In this document: piece after piece, positions 30,356 through 42,890 of the stretch | How the letters are laid out: every line of letters starts with the position of its first letter | Position numbering within the stretch: position 1 is the first letter of the stretch | NCBI RefSeq assembly: GCF_009914755.1 | Contig: NC_060929.1 | Length of the DNA: 64,000 bases | DNA from: the human T2T-CHM13v2.0 reference genome, Homo sapiens | Direction: 5' to 3' (one strand) | Translations under genes and position numbers: made by a program | The notes under the pieces: model-generated | The model's input: the letters and a program-made list of their open reading frames with translations, nothing else | Databases searched by the model: none | What the model was told of the DNA's origin: nothing

Positions 30356-32702
30356 CAGGCGTGCCTCAGAGATACTGTGGGTTCAGTTCCAGACCATTGC
30401 AATAAAGCGAGTCACACTTTTTGTTTAGTTTCTTAGTGCATATAAAGGTTATGTTTACACTATATTGTAGTCCATAATAGCATGAAGTTTTAAAAATGTA
30501 TATAACTTAAAAATATTTTGTGGCTAAAAAACAAAAATGATAATGTAAACTGTCAGTGAGTCAATCTTTTTGCTAATGAAGGATCTTGTCTCAATGTTGA
30601 CAGCTGCTGACTGATGAGGGTGGTGGTTGCTGAAGGGTGGGGTGGCTGTGGAAATTTCTTAAAATAAGACAACAATAAAGTTTGCTGCATCCAATGACTT
30701 CTACTTTCATGAAAGATTTCTCTGTAGCATGCAATGCTGTTTGATAGCATTTCACCCACAAGAGAACTTCTTTCAAAATTGAAATCAATCCTCTCAAACC
30801 CTGCAGCTCTTTTGTCAGCTGTTTATAGAATATTCTAAATCCTTTGTTGTCATTTCAACAACGTTCACAGCATCTTCACTAGTGGTAGATTCCATCTCAA
30901 GAAATCATTTTCTTTGCTCATCCATAAGAAGCAATCTCTAATTTGTTCAAGTTTTATGATGAAGTTGCAGCAATTCAGTAACATCTTTGGGCTGAACTTC
31001 CAATCCAGTTATCTAGCTTATTCTACCATATTTGTGGTTACTTCCTCTACTGAAGTCTTGAACCCCTCAAAATTACTCATGAATGTTGGAAGCAACTTCC
31101 TTCAAACTCCTGTTAATGTTGGTATTTTGACTTCCTCCCATGAATCACTAATGTTCTTAATTGCATCTAGAATGGGGAATTCCTTTCAGAAGGTGCATTT
31201 TACATTGTCCAGATCCATCAGAGGAATCACTATCAATGGCAGCTACCATCTCATGGAAATGTATTTCTCAGAGTTGAAATTATTCCTTGATCTATGGGCT
31301 TCAGAATGACTGTTGTGTTCACAGGCATGAAAACATTAATATCCTTGTACAATTCTATCACAGCTCTTGGGTGAATAGGTGCATTATTCATAAGCAGTAA
31401 TATTTAGAAAGGAATCTTTTTGTTGAGCAGTAGGTCTCAACAGTGGGCTTAAAATATTCAGTAAACCATGCTGTAAACAGATGTGCTGTTACCCAGGTTT
31501 TGTTTCCCCATTTATAAAGCACAGAGTAGATTTAGCATAATTCTTAAGGGCCCTAGGATTTTCAGAATGGTGAATGAGCATTGGCTTCAACTTCAGGTCA
31601 CCAGCTGCATTATCCCCAAACAAGAGAGTCAGCCTGTTCTTTGAAGCTTTGAAGTCAGACATTGACTTCTCTTCTTTAGGTATAAAAGCCTTAGTTAGAT
31701 GGCATCTTCTTCCAAGATAAAACTGTTTCATCTGCATTAAAAATCTTTTTTGTTTTTCTGTAGCCAACTTCATCAATTATCTTAGCTGTAACTTCTGGAT
31801 AACTTGCTGCAGCTTCTACATCAGCACTTAATGTTTCAGTTTGCACTTTTATATTATAGAGAATGGCTTTTTTCTTTAAACCTCATGAACCAACCTCTGC
31901 TAGCTTCCAACTTTTCTTCTGCATCTTTCTCAGCTCTCTCTGTCTCCATAGAATTGAAGAGAGTTAGGGCCTTTCTCTGAATTAGGCTTTGGCTTAAGGG
32001 AATGTTGTGGCTGGTTTGATCTTCTATCCAGACCACTCAAACTTTCTTTGTATCAGCAATGAGGGTGTTTTGTTTTCTTACAATAATTTATGTGTTCACT
32101 AGAGTAGCATTTTTAACTTTCTTTAAGAGCTTTTCTTTTGTATTCCAAACTTGGCTAAAAGCTACAAGAGGCATAGATAGCTCTAAGCCTATCTCAGTTT
32201 TTTTACATCCTCACTAAGCTTAATCCTTTCTAGCTTTTGATTTAAAGTGAGAGACTTGCCGCTCTTCCTTTCACTTACACTTAGAGGCCATTGCAGGGTT
32301 CTTAATTGGCCTAATTTTAATATTGTTTTGTCTCAGGGAATAGGTAGGCCCATGGAGAGGGACCAAGATGGGGAATGGCTGGTGGGTGGAACAGTCAGAA
32401 CAACACAATATTTATTAAGCTCTCCATCTTCTATGGAAGCAGTTCATAGGTTTCCCAAAATAATTACAATAGTAATATCAAAGATCACTGACCACAGATC
32501 ACCATAAGCACATATAATAATAATCAAGTTTATTGCGAAAATTATGACAATTGATACAGAGACATGAAGTGAGCACATGCCTTTGGGAAGAAAGATGCCA
32601 GCAGATTTGCTCAACAGCATTGCCACAAACTTTCAATTTTTTTAAAAGTGCAATATTTGAGAAGCACAATAAAATTCAGCACAATAAAACAAGTTATGCC
32701 TG
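30356..32702 (-). mobile_element. Tigger1 DNA transposon, near full length (2347 bp), with a decayed transposase
   Basis: Termini caggcgtgcctc / aagttatgcctg with TA TSD (30354-30355, 32703-32704); ORF fragments of the pogo/CENP-B-type transposase ([21 protein letters not shown]...[10 protein letters not shown]; [30 protein letters not shown]) broken by frameshifts and stops. Confidence 0.95.
32529..32534 (-). terminator. Candidate distal poly(A) signal (AATAAA) of NMUR2, inside Tigger1
   Basis: tttatt on + strand, about 625 nt after the stop, followed in the transcript by GU/U-rich sequence (tatgtgcttatggtgatctgtggt). Confidence 0.6.
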
Positions 32703-33013
32703 TAGACTGCTGCCAAGGGACACTGATGTTGGCTTCTCACATCATATAAAGTAGAACAGCACGTACATGTCTTCCTTCTGTGGCTCACAGTGGCCATTGG
32801 TAGTAGGAGTGACAGCCTGACTCGGAACGTAGATGACTCAGGACGAACCATTTCCATTAATGGAAATTAATCAAGGTATAGGTGCCATGCCTTTCCAGTC
32901 ACGTTCTTGGCATGAACTAGTGAAGGGGCATGAGGCAGTTAGGATAGTGGAAAGATAACTAAAAATCAGGCAGTCTTGGGTTTTGAAACCAGATCTAACT
33001 CTCAGTTTTCACG

Positions 33014-33019
33014 TTTATT
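33014..33019 (-). terminator. Candidate proximal poly(A) signal (AATAAA) of NMUR2
   Basis: tttatt on + strand, about 140 nt after the stop codon, preceded in the transcript by a U-run. Confidence 0.45.
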
Positions 33020-33157
33020 AAAAAAAAAAAAACTAGCAATGGGTACATGAGTTGTAAGAGCCATTCTACCTCTCTAATATCATATGAGAAGGCATACATT
33101 ATGGGATGTTCCTCTCTGAAGTTTTGAGGCATAGAGGAGAGTCAGCTCTGAAAGAAT

Positions 33158-33468
33158 TCAGGTTTTGTTAAAGTGGAAGCTTTGATAGTTTGTTCTTGAC
33201 ATCTGTTCACTAGAGAGGGCTGTTGGGAGGTGAGAGTTGTGCATGGATGACTGACATGGGAATTGGGGACCTATATCTTCGGTCAGCTCCACAAAGTGGC
33301 ATTCTGTCAGGAAGATGTTCCGCTGGGCAGGTGGCAACTGTGGGTCATGCTGGGAGTGCCACTGTTTGTGGAAAGAAGAGATCACATTCTGGAATGCTGC
33401 CTGGAAGCGGCGAGACAGTAGGTTATAGATAATGGGGTTGACAGCTGAGCTCAGGTAGAAGAAGACAC
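33158..33468 (-). CDS. NMUR2: NMUR2 coding exon 4 (TM7 NPIIY, helix 8, C-tail, stop)
   Basis: Acceptor cctgcattccAG at 33469-33470; (G)[25 protein letters not shown]...SFHFNKT then TGA; 311 nt; the joined CDS is 1248 nt = 415 aa. Confidence 0.97.
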
Positions 33469-34129
33469 CTGGAATGCAGGGGATTTAAAAAGATGTGCTG
33501 AGAAGAACTTAAGTGACCGGCATGAAGGAAGAAGCATAAATATTTACAAAGGCCTAGAATCCCTGTGATTGCCTCTTTTATAAGTGATAATACATACAAG
33601 CATCTAATTGAGAATACAAAATGCTCTGAATAGATCTTCCACCTGTGCACTTAGCCATCAAACACAAAGATTAAAGAGTCTTGGAGTAAGTTAGGCTGAC
33701 ATGGGATCTCTCTGAGATGTTCAGCAACTTTCTTTGATCACTACTTGTTTAATTAAAGAACATGTTTCTATAACATGACTGAAAGATGCTTAAATATCAG
33801 AGGGAAGAGAAACGTTTCTATCTCATTGGAATTTTACTTAAATCTATAATTTGGGATTGCAAGTAGTGGAAGAAGGTAAATCAGCCAAGGCTTAGTTCCT
33901 GCTGAGACTCCTTATAATGCTAAGATACGGCTTCAAAGAAATATTCCCTAGCGTGCTGTTCCTACCTACCCTTTTCCCTTGATGGTTCCTCCACCTTTTG
34001 AAGAATTGTATTTTACCATTTATTTCCTCTACCAATTAACCTTCACATTGTCATTTTCCTGTTTGGAATACACTCTTCCTTTATTGCCTTTTTAAATTTT
34101 ATTTCTCTAAAGCCCAAAATCAGCCCAAG

Positions 34130-34300
34130 TTTGGGAATCAGAGGACCTAGTTTCTGATCTTGGCCCTCTAATATCCTGTGGCCTTAGACAAACCCTGGCA
34201 CTTCAGTTTCTTTCTCTGTAAAATGGGAATGTGATTTCCAGCCTAACCCACCTCCCTGGATTATTGTGAGGGTAAAGTTAAGATACCATCCACAGAGAGG
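34130..34300 (+). mobile_element. MIR (NMUR2 intron 3)
   Basis: gggaatcagaggacctagtttctgatcttggc...cagtttctttctctgtaaaatggg...gattattgtgaggg. Confidence 0.7.
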
Positions 34301-34464
34301 TTGAGAATGGCTAAGAATGTAAAACAAGTGATGGGTAATATTGCCAAAAGGTTCCTTGTTGTCCTTATTTATGTGGTTCAGAACATTCAGAATGCTATAT
34401 GCCTTGTTTACAGAATAAACATGGAAGAATGTTAAAGGAGAATATTTCTATGCATTAATACTAT

Positions 34465-35050
34465 TAGTTCATTCAAAAAATAAATATTGATTTAACTCTT
34501 ATTATGTGCCATGAACTTCAAAGCACATTGGGAGGTAGTGAATTAGACTTTGTTCTCCAAGATCTTGGAATGGTACTGCAGAGACAAGATTTATGGCTAA
34601 GTTAAATAATTAACAATACAACAATACCAAGCAGTATCTGTTAAGAACAAATATGAGATAACAAATCATGCTATAGCAATTCACATAATAACAGAAACAC
34701 AAGGACTGTGATAATCATAAAAGATTTAGTGGGGGGTGATTGAACTCTAGCCAGGCCTCAAAATGGGTAAGAGATAGTTGAGGAAGACAGGAGAGGGTGT
34801 TGCAGGTACAGGGTATATAGCACGCATAAGTATTCAGGGGCAGGAATGGCCATATTGTGCAGGAATAATGTGCAGAACTCTCTAATTACCAATTTGATAA
34901 GTATATGGTCTATGAATAAAAATAATAAAAGTTGGAGGATTAAAAGGCAAGTTGGGGGTATTTTCTGTAGGGTTTAAGAGATTTAGATTTAATCTAGTGG
35001 CTAATATAAAAGGGGGGAGATGGTATCTGAACAGGATCATGTCATTATTG
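34465..35050 (-). mobile_element. L2 fragment (NMUR2 intron 3)
   Basis: ttcattcaaaaaataaatattgattt...ttatgtgcca... Confidence 0.5.
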
Positions 35051-36424
35051 AGGCTATAACTTGAAAATCTTAAGATAATTGCCTTGACGCATCCAGAGAA
35101 TTGTAGTCAATTAGTCAAGTCTCATTTGACCTTGTAGTGCTTTCTCATTTATTTAAACATTTCTGTTTTCCGCAGATTAACCAAAAGGATAAACTAAGAG
35201 GTATACATATTTTTGAGCTTTGGTTGCAAATGGTTGAACAGGAAAGTGCTAATGTCCAGGAATAAGCTATACATTAGGCCTGCTGAGTACAAAAAAGAGG
35301 GTGACAGAAAATACATAGTATACACAATATTCAGTATAGATGTCATTGTTTCTGCTTTGTACACATCTGGAGCTTAACTTGTAAAAGGTGATCTTATCTT
35401 TCCTTTCCGGTGATGTCTTCTATAATCTAATGAGCCCATAGAATCAGCCGGTGACCAGGAGAGGTGGGGGGACAGAAGAGGTCTGAGCCTAAGGCTAACA
35501 CTGAGTTAGCTGTCACTGACTGAGAAAGAAGAAACTAGGTGGTCATTCTTTGCTCCATTTTAGTAGAAAGAACACTGAACTTGAAGTTAGATGACTTGGG
35601 TGGGTTATTTGTTAGCTAAGTGCCTTAGGGCAAATCATTTCTTCTTGTGGAAGGGTTTTATTTTTGACTATACAATGTTAATCATAATATCCACCTAATG
35701 ACCTTGTGATGATTATAGAAAGATATACAGCAATTACAGCTTAAAGAGCTCTTTAATGTCTATTATTGCATTTGCTCCTTACCATCAGTCCATGGTTTGT
35801 GTACAGGAGGCTTTTTTTTTTTTTTTTTTTGCCATTTTACAGTTGAGGAAACTTTGGTGTGAAGGCAGCCACGTTCTCCAGATCACTCAGAATAGCAATG
35901 GTGAAATTGGGTTGCAAATCCAGGTCATCTGACTTACTGACCTTTCCACCATGGTTTCCACAATATACTATGGTATCCTCAACAAGCAGAGTTACAGTAG
36001 CCTAAAAGGAGAACTTGATTACCTATGAATACCATTTAGTTTTCCTTCATGAGGATATAATACTTCCCAAAGGCAATATGAGATTTCAGGGACATGGGTG
36101 TTTACTAAATAAGAACCAATTTAATTGCATGGCCATTTGGAGGATAACCAAAGGAATCACTCCTTGACCATTTTCCTTCTGTAATCATCACAGTTAGACT
36201 TGAGGTTTTCCATAAAGTAGCCTTGAAAATAGTGATCTGGTATATATGTATTTGGAACAGTATCAAACATAATCAATCTCTGAATAAAAGAAAAATCAAA
36301 TGTCTTCATTATAGCATGGCAGATCCCCGTGATAAATTGGAGTACTTAGGCATCTAAGCAAGATGAAGAAGAAGGTGCTGTTACCTGAATACTAGTCATG
36401 CACCAAATCCAGCTAAGGTTTTAC

Positions 36425-36550
36425 CTGACACCACATGGACGAGGTTGAACACAGCAGCCAGGGATTCACTCCACTCCTCCACAAAGCTGAAGAAGAGTCG
36501 GTCAATGTGGAACGGGGCCCAACAGATAGCAAACACTAAGACCAAGACAA
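36425..36550 (-). CDS. NMUR2: NMUR2 coding exon 3 (TM6 with CWAP motif, ECL3, start of TM7)
   Basis: Acceptor ccattttcAG at 36551-36552 and donor GTAAAA at 36424; 126 nt, phase 1-1; encodes (F)[41 protein letters not shown]. Confidence 0.97.
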
Positions 36551-37163
36551 CTGAAAATGGATGATAAATGGGAGACCAGAAGACAGTCTGTGCAAGGATA
36601 GGTATACAATGCTCACTCTGAGTCAATCATTTCTTCTGGCAGTTTTTCCCTTCAACTTTGTTAAGCTATAACAGTTATAGAGGCAAACTAGATCCCAAAG
36701 AGTCTCAGTACAAAACACTTAAAACACAAGAATGAATTGTATAAGATCTAGGATCAGTTTTCCATAAGATTATACAAGATTTCTTATATAATGTAAAACT
36801 TTTTAGAACATTTAAAATAGTATTTAATTTATTTCAAAGTCCTGAAAACATCTTATTGTGAAAGATAAATAATAAACTGTTAAATGTGTATATAAATTCA
36901 TCTTGTTGTTATAGGAATAATTAGAAGTTTCTCTGAATTCAATAATTTAAAATTCTGCAATGGGTAGGCAAGGAGAAAGAAGAGATCAAACAACCACAAG
37001 CCTAATAGTACTTTACAAGAATCTTTTGATTGGAAGGGGTGTGTCTGTCATATTATAAATTGCTACAGCACAGAATTCCTTCCCATCTCTTATTTTCACC
37101 TCCCAAAACAGAGACTGGTATTTCTGTAGTTTTTCTTTGGGGCATTTAAGCTCCACAAATTAA

Positions 37164-37190
37164 ACACACACACACACACACACACACACA
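37164..37190 (+). repeat. (CA)n microsatellite followed by polyT
   Basis: Direct reading. Confidence 0.95.
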
Positions 37191-37586
37191 CTTTTTTTTT
37201 TTCCTTTTGAAGTTGTAAATACTTTACTTTGCTATGACATGACTCTTGGGATTCGCCTAAAGATAATCTTTTGGGGCTAGGGGAGAGATAAGGGTATACA
37301 TGAAACAAGATTAGCTATGAGGTAATACTTTTTGAAGCTGGGTGATGGGTACATGGGTATTCATTTTACAGTTTTCTGTACTTGTGTACAGATATGAAGT
37401 TTTCATAGTAAGCAGTATTATACATGCATTTCCTGTTGGCATTAAACACATTCAGAGTAAGTTGTTTGCCTGTGTGGTATGGTTTCAAAGATAACTATAG
37501 GTTTCTACTGAATTTGCCAACCCAAGAAAAGTCCCTAATCTGTTCACTACTGCCTACAATTCCCTTTAATTAAAACTTTAATTCCT

Positions 37587-37885
37587 GACGGGCGTGGTGG
37601 CTCAGGCCTATAATCCCAGCACTTTGGGTGGCCAAGGGGTGGATCTCCTGAGGTCAGGAGTTCAAGAACAGCCTGGACAAAAGCCCGTCTTTACTAAAAA
37701 TACAAAAATCAGCCAGGTGTGGTTGCACACGCCTGTAATCCCAGCTACTCAGGAGGCTGAGGCAGGAGAATTGCTTGAACCTGGGAGGCAGAGGTTACAG
37801 TGAGCCGAGATGCCACTGCACTCCAGCCAGGGCAACAGGGCAAGACTCCATCTCAAAAACAACAACAACAACAGCAACAACAAAC
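37587..37885 (+). mobile_element. AluS in NMUR2 intron 2 (antisense to the gene), with an (AAC)n tail
   Basis: Dimer with small internal deletions; TSD aactttaattcctg at 37574-37587 and 37886-37899. Confidence 0.93.
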
Positions 37886-39025
37886 AACTTTAATTCCTGT
37901 TAAAGTTGAACCCCATCCCAACGCAAATACTTTACAGTGTATTCTGCTATTGTGACTTTAATATGAGTGAGCTTCATGTTTTTTTTTTTTTTTTTTTGTG
38001 AGAGTAGATTATGACCAAGGAGAAAAGGGGAGGGATAATGAAGAAACTATGTTTCTTGATAGAGAAAGTCAAGTGCCAAGAGGAGCTAAAATATTTCCAA
38101 GAAGATAACTCTTAGAATCGAGAAGACCCACTTCAGGGACTTCACAGTTTATTTTTTGTTCAGAAATGCTGTATAGTTACAGTGAATGTTTCATATGCAT
38201 ATTAGCCTGGAGGATTCATTTCTTCTAAACTTTAGATTTTGATTTGCAAAATGTATTATAAATCTCCTTTCCCTCATCAGTAACTCCTCTCATATAGTAG
38301 TGCTGTATCATATATTTTTATAACATTCTTTTGGGAGACTGTGGCTCAGTAAGTGAATTTTTAAAAAGATCTTATTTATTCAAAAGTATACTGTTTGAAA
38401 CAAAGTTATACAATGTCATATGTGAAATGGCTACTTGGAGATGCTTGCCAGATGTTCTTAACCTGGAACTAAAAGATCCCATGGAGTCTATGAGTATCAG
38501 GGGTTGGTTCGTGACCTCCTGAGATGGATTGTAAAATCTTTTGTGTATGCATATTTGTTCATTTTTTTTTTTTTTTGGAATGGAGAGTCTACAGCTTTCA
38601 TCATATTTTAAAAGAAATCCATAATACAAATAGGTTAAAAACCTGCTTATTTCACAGAGGGGGAAAGTGAAGCTCAAAGGCTGAGAAAGTGAATGTAATT
38701 TACCAAGCACCACACAGAGTGTATGTCAGTGGATGAAACTGAGAGTGTTGTTTTGAGGGTTCAAAACCAAAAATGAAACAAAACACACAGGTCCTAGAAG
38801 CTTGAAGAAGCAAAGGAAGACAGGTCACCTAGCGTTGACATAGACCATTAAGGAGGTGTCTTCATTATATATCTCTCCCCTTTGCTCCTTGATCTTAATC
38901 TACTCTCATAAATACTCTGTTTCAGGATAAATTGGAACCTACCCCAGCAGCATTTAGTTGGTACCAAATGTACCTCCTTTGCTCTTATGAACAAAACAAA
39001 ACAAAAAACAAAATGGGGCACTTAC

Positions 39026-39110
39026 ACAGCATCTTGTTGACTGATTTTCTGCAGGGTCTTTGAATATTTGCATTCCCTTCATCTGCCTCAAGAGATTTGT
39101 CTTTCTTTAG
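39026..39110 (-). CDS. NMUR2: NMUR2 coding exon 2 (ICL3, LKKDKSLEADEGNANIQRPCRKSVNKML)
   Basis: Acceptor ccctttcAG at 39111-39112 and donor GTAAGT at 39025; 85 nt, continues exon 1 in frame. Confidence 0.97.
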
Positions 39111-42100
39111 CTGAAAGGGAAGTAAGTTGGGAGAGATAGTAAGAAAGAGAAACATTTTTCCTCCTGTTAAAATCTGAGAAACATAACTCAAACGCTCATT
39201 TTGAAGACAGAAGAACTGAGACCTAGAGAAATGTAAGACTACGTCAAATGTTTAACAGTATGTTGAAGGTGGAATTGGATTCAGGTCATCTACTCAACTG
39301 GATAAGTGATTGTGGCCAAGTAATAGTGCAACCACTTTTCGTATACAGTTATGTGGAAACTTGGCTGTGTAGCATGTTAATAGGTGTTCCATGAAAAATG
39401 TAAAATTCTGAAGTTCAAGAAAAGTTAGAAAGGCTTCTCAATTCATTCATTCACTCATTCATAATTATTAGAAATCTGTTAAAGTGAAATCCTTCTGCTC
39501 TGTGGTGGATAATTAGTAGAAAACCAAAACAGGAATTCTTCTTGCCTCATCAGTATTTATTGTGGATCTTCTCAGAGACTTAAATATGCTGATGGGCATT
39601 ATGAATTTTCAAGGGGGATAGTGTATCAACTTTCCACTTAGCTCCCCTCTACCTTCCACACTCACATCACCTACTCATATCTTAGCCAAAAGGGAGATAG
39701 TGTTTATTTGAGTAAACAATATTTTCCCCCAACCCTTTTCAGTGGATTACCTTGTACCATCTTGACAAACACAAATTGGGAAATGTTGTTTTAATATTAC
39801 AGTAATATTAATTACTGAAAAGTCTTATGTGTTTCTGAGTTAAGATGTTTAAAGTATATTCATCCTTGTTGGACGATATGGAGATCCTTGATGTAACATT
39901 TGAAACTTTCAGCTATCAACACTACTTGTATGCACAATCTTCCTTGCTCAGTTTAAGTCCTGCCTGTTCCTGAAAGACTTTGATGACCACTTTAGCCCAC
40001 TGTCTTCTCCTTCCTTTGAACTCCCACAGCACTGAAGATCTACATCATTCATCCAGTTGTGGAAGTTTTTCTCTTTATTTTACACATTTTTTAATTTGTG
40101 GGGATGTTTGGCCAAATAAAGGAAGCTTTAAGGACTCATGATAAAATACCATCAAATATCCAGAAATTAGTATAGTACATAGTGAATATATATTTGCCCA
40201 TTAGTTCTCTAGCATTTACTTCTCTCTTCTCTTAATAATAGCACCCTAATTTTCCCTTAGGGAATGTACTCCTTCCCCATTCTTAGTCTTTAATTTGTAT
40301 AGAGGTGTCACTAAACTTCAGCTCCAGGTATAGTCCCTAAACAATTTAGCCAATCAACTTGTCCTATCCTCCAGTCACAATGATTGAATAATGCAGACCA
40401 ATGAGATTTCAGATATTTGCTTGTGCTTCTGAAGATGCAAGTTTTCATTTATTTTTTATTGGGACTGCCAGAGAGAGTCCTTCTCTGCATATGAGGTCTG
40501 GAATTACAAACGTTATTTTTTTTCCACCACAAAGAAAAAATGCTTGGAGCCACCAAAGGATGACTGTGTGCAGTTTGAGGTTGAAACCAACACCATAGAA
40601 AAAAAGAGCAAAGAAACAGAAATAAAGTTAGGTTTATAATAAGATCGTGTGTTTTATTTAATTAATCTTCACCAAGAGCTAGCTCGGCTTCTGAACTTTT
40701 CATGTCTATGCTCCCTTTGGTATTTACCCAGGGTTGGAGTCTCTCATTGGCAGTGTAAAAAGTCCAGGCTAATTGATTGAAGCCATCAGGTGGAACGAAA
40801 ATTTAACTTATTTTATACAGTCATGGCAGTAGATTAGAATCAATCTATTTAGTTACAGGTAGATAGATTCTAATTCAAGATAAGGAAGAAATTGTTGTGA
40901 TTATGTGCAATAATGAAACAAACTGCTATAAGAAGCAATAATCGTCCTGGGCTGGATAGCATTTTGAAGGAATATTCCAGAAAAGGTATTTAAAATTAAA
41001 TAGACTTGGAAGAGTGGGTCTTTAAAAGCTGCCTCGAAACTTCAGCAAATCCATATCCAGTCTTCCTAACAAACATATATGCTGCTTGCAGTTAGGTAGC
41101 ACTCAGGACCACATAGGACCTCAAGAATCCTCTTGGATAATGTATAAACCTGGCCATTTGTCTCTTGAATATATCGGAGTGTTCTACATGTATCTGTGTC
41201 TTCATAAAGTAAAGGATTAAAGACTCTGTGAGATTAGGACTAGAAAGGAAAAATCTGAAGGTGAAAAGTATTATTAATGCAATAGTAAAACAAAATCATG
41301 CAGGTAGAGTGCTTATCTCAGTGCCTGGCACATGATACTCAGCAAGTTGTATATTACTGTTATTACAGTGATTCTGATTATTATCCAGAGTATACTAAAG
41401 AGACATCAGAAAAAATGATTTTTAAAAACTAGAGTTGTTTGTTTATATATGTGAGGTTACTTTTGTGAAGTACTGAGTCCCTTCTAGAAATTCTTTTCTC
41501 ATGTTACCACTCGCTCACAAAGAGTGCCTGTACTGATACAAAGGAGGCAGATATGCTGAGAAGAAAAACACATTCAAGGTTAGAGCAATGTATCAAACTT
41601 CAAACTTTACTAACTCATCTTAGATTAAATCTATTAAAGGTTCTAATTACTTCATGCCACTTAAAGATTGTGGTTTTTACATTATGCAGTTATTCTATTA
41701 TTTTATTTCAGTTCATAATTAAGAACAATAAAAAATATTGAGATATATTAGTCACTTCCTGCCTTGTGTTTAACAGTTCTCAATGGTAATTTCTCCACCC
41801 CAAGGAACAATTTTTAAAAAAATCAAACATCAAACAAATAGTTCACGCAATTCTTTTATGAACAGGCTTCCTGTAGCAGCATAGTTTACACTAAAAAGAA
41901 AATCATGTGCTGATGAATTGTTGCTTATTTTGCAGCTTCCTTAGTTTATAATGACCTAACTAGCTAACTAGAGGAAGAGTGAAAAATTGATTACTTACAT
42001 ATGGTGTACATTGTTCCAACAGAATTTGGAGTGGTTGACAGAATAGAATAGAATCAAAACAGTTAGTCTAGCCAATATTCAATGCTGCTTTATCGTTGAA

Positions 42101-42209
42101 TAATTTCACTTCCCTACAGATGTTTAGTAAAGTAGATATTCAACCATTCATTATTCTTCCCCACCCCAAAACTTTTATTTTACAACTCAGGTTACAAAAG
42201 GAGGAGTGC

Positions 42210-42300
42210 AAATTTGTGATTACTATTACTAAATATTGTGATTACTAAAAGTTGTGATTACCATTACTATATAGTGTGATTACTAAAAATTGTGATTACC
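42210..42300 (+). repeat. 38-bp-period tandem repeat built on TGTGATTAC (NMUR2 intron 1)
   Basis: tgtgattac at 42215, 42237, 42253, 42275 and 42291 (spacings 22, 16, 22, 16). Confidence 0.9.
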
Positions 42301-42524
42301 TTCTTTAGCTACAGAAGAGCAAAGTGAAAGGGAGGTTCGCGAGGTTATTATTCAGGTTGATACATTATGCTGATCAGTTGTTTATACTGCCTGAAATCAC
42401 TCTACCAGATGTTCATTTATATAGTTTGTGGGACTTAGTTTCAGAATACCAGATTATAATATAGGTTTTGTGTAAATATCTCTATAATCTTAACACAATC
42501 TATTTACTTAAAAAAATTAGTGCA

Positions 42525-42890
42525 ACCCTGTGTTGGCATGGTTGAATTCTGCTGCAATTCATACATCCATCCTCATCACCTCAATCATGAATGCAGCATG
42601 CAGGAGATGTAAGAACTAAATCAGACTGTCACCAGAACTTCCTCCCACATGTGGAGGGACTTGCCCTAGAATTGTCTATTTTCTATCTCTATAATGTTCA
42701 AAGCCTGGAGAACAGCTCAGTGGTGGCTGTGTCCTGGAATGATGCAGCGTGACTGAATGCCGAGCTGTGAGCACAGATATGGGTTTCCTCCTTCTTCTCT
42801 GGTCCTGTGATTTCATCAGTCTTGGGCTTGCTGCCTTCTGAAAGCAGTGGGTCCCAGAGTCAATCATACCTTCAAACTATCCAACAGAGT
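42525..42890 (+). mobile_element. LTR16-like ERVL LTR fragment
   Basis: tgtgttggcatgg...cctcccacatgtggagggacttgccc...ggtcctgtgatttc. Confidence 0.5.

Noticed and set aside
30553-32036. Tigger transposase ORF fragments as a domesticated TIGD-like gene
   Set aside because: Split over several frames with stops and frameshifts; it is a fossil
36551-36626. N-terminal extensions of the exon 3 ORF (MTQSEH...) and, at 39111-39191, of the exon 2 ORF
   Set aside because: Intronic read-through upstream of clear splice acceptors
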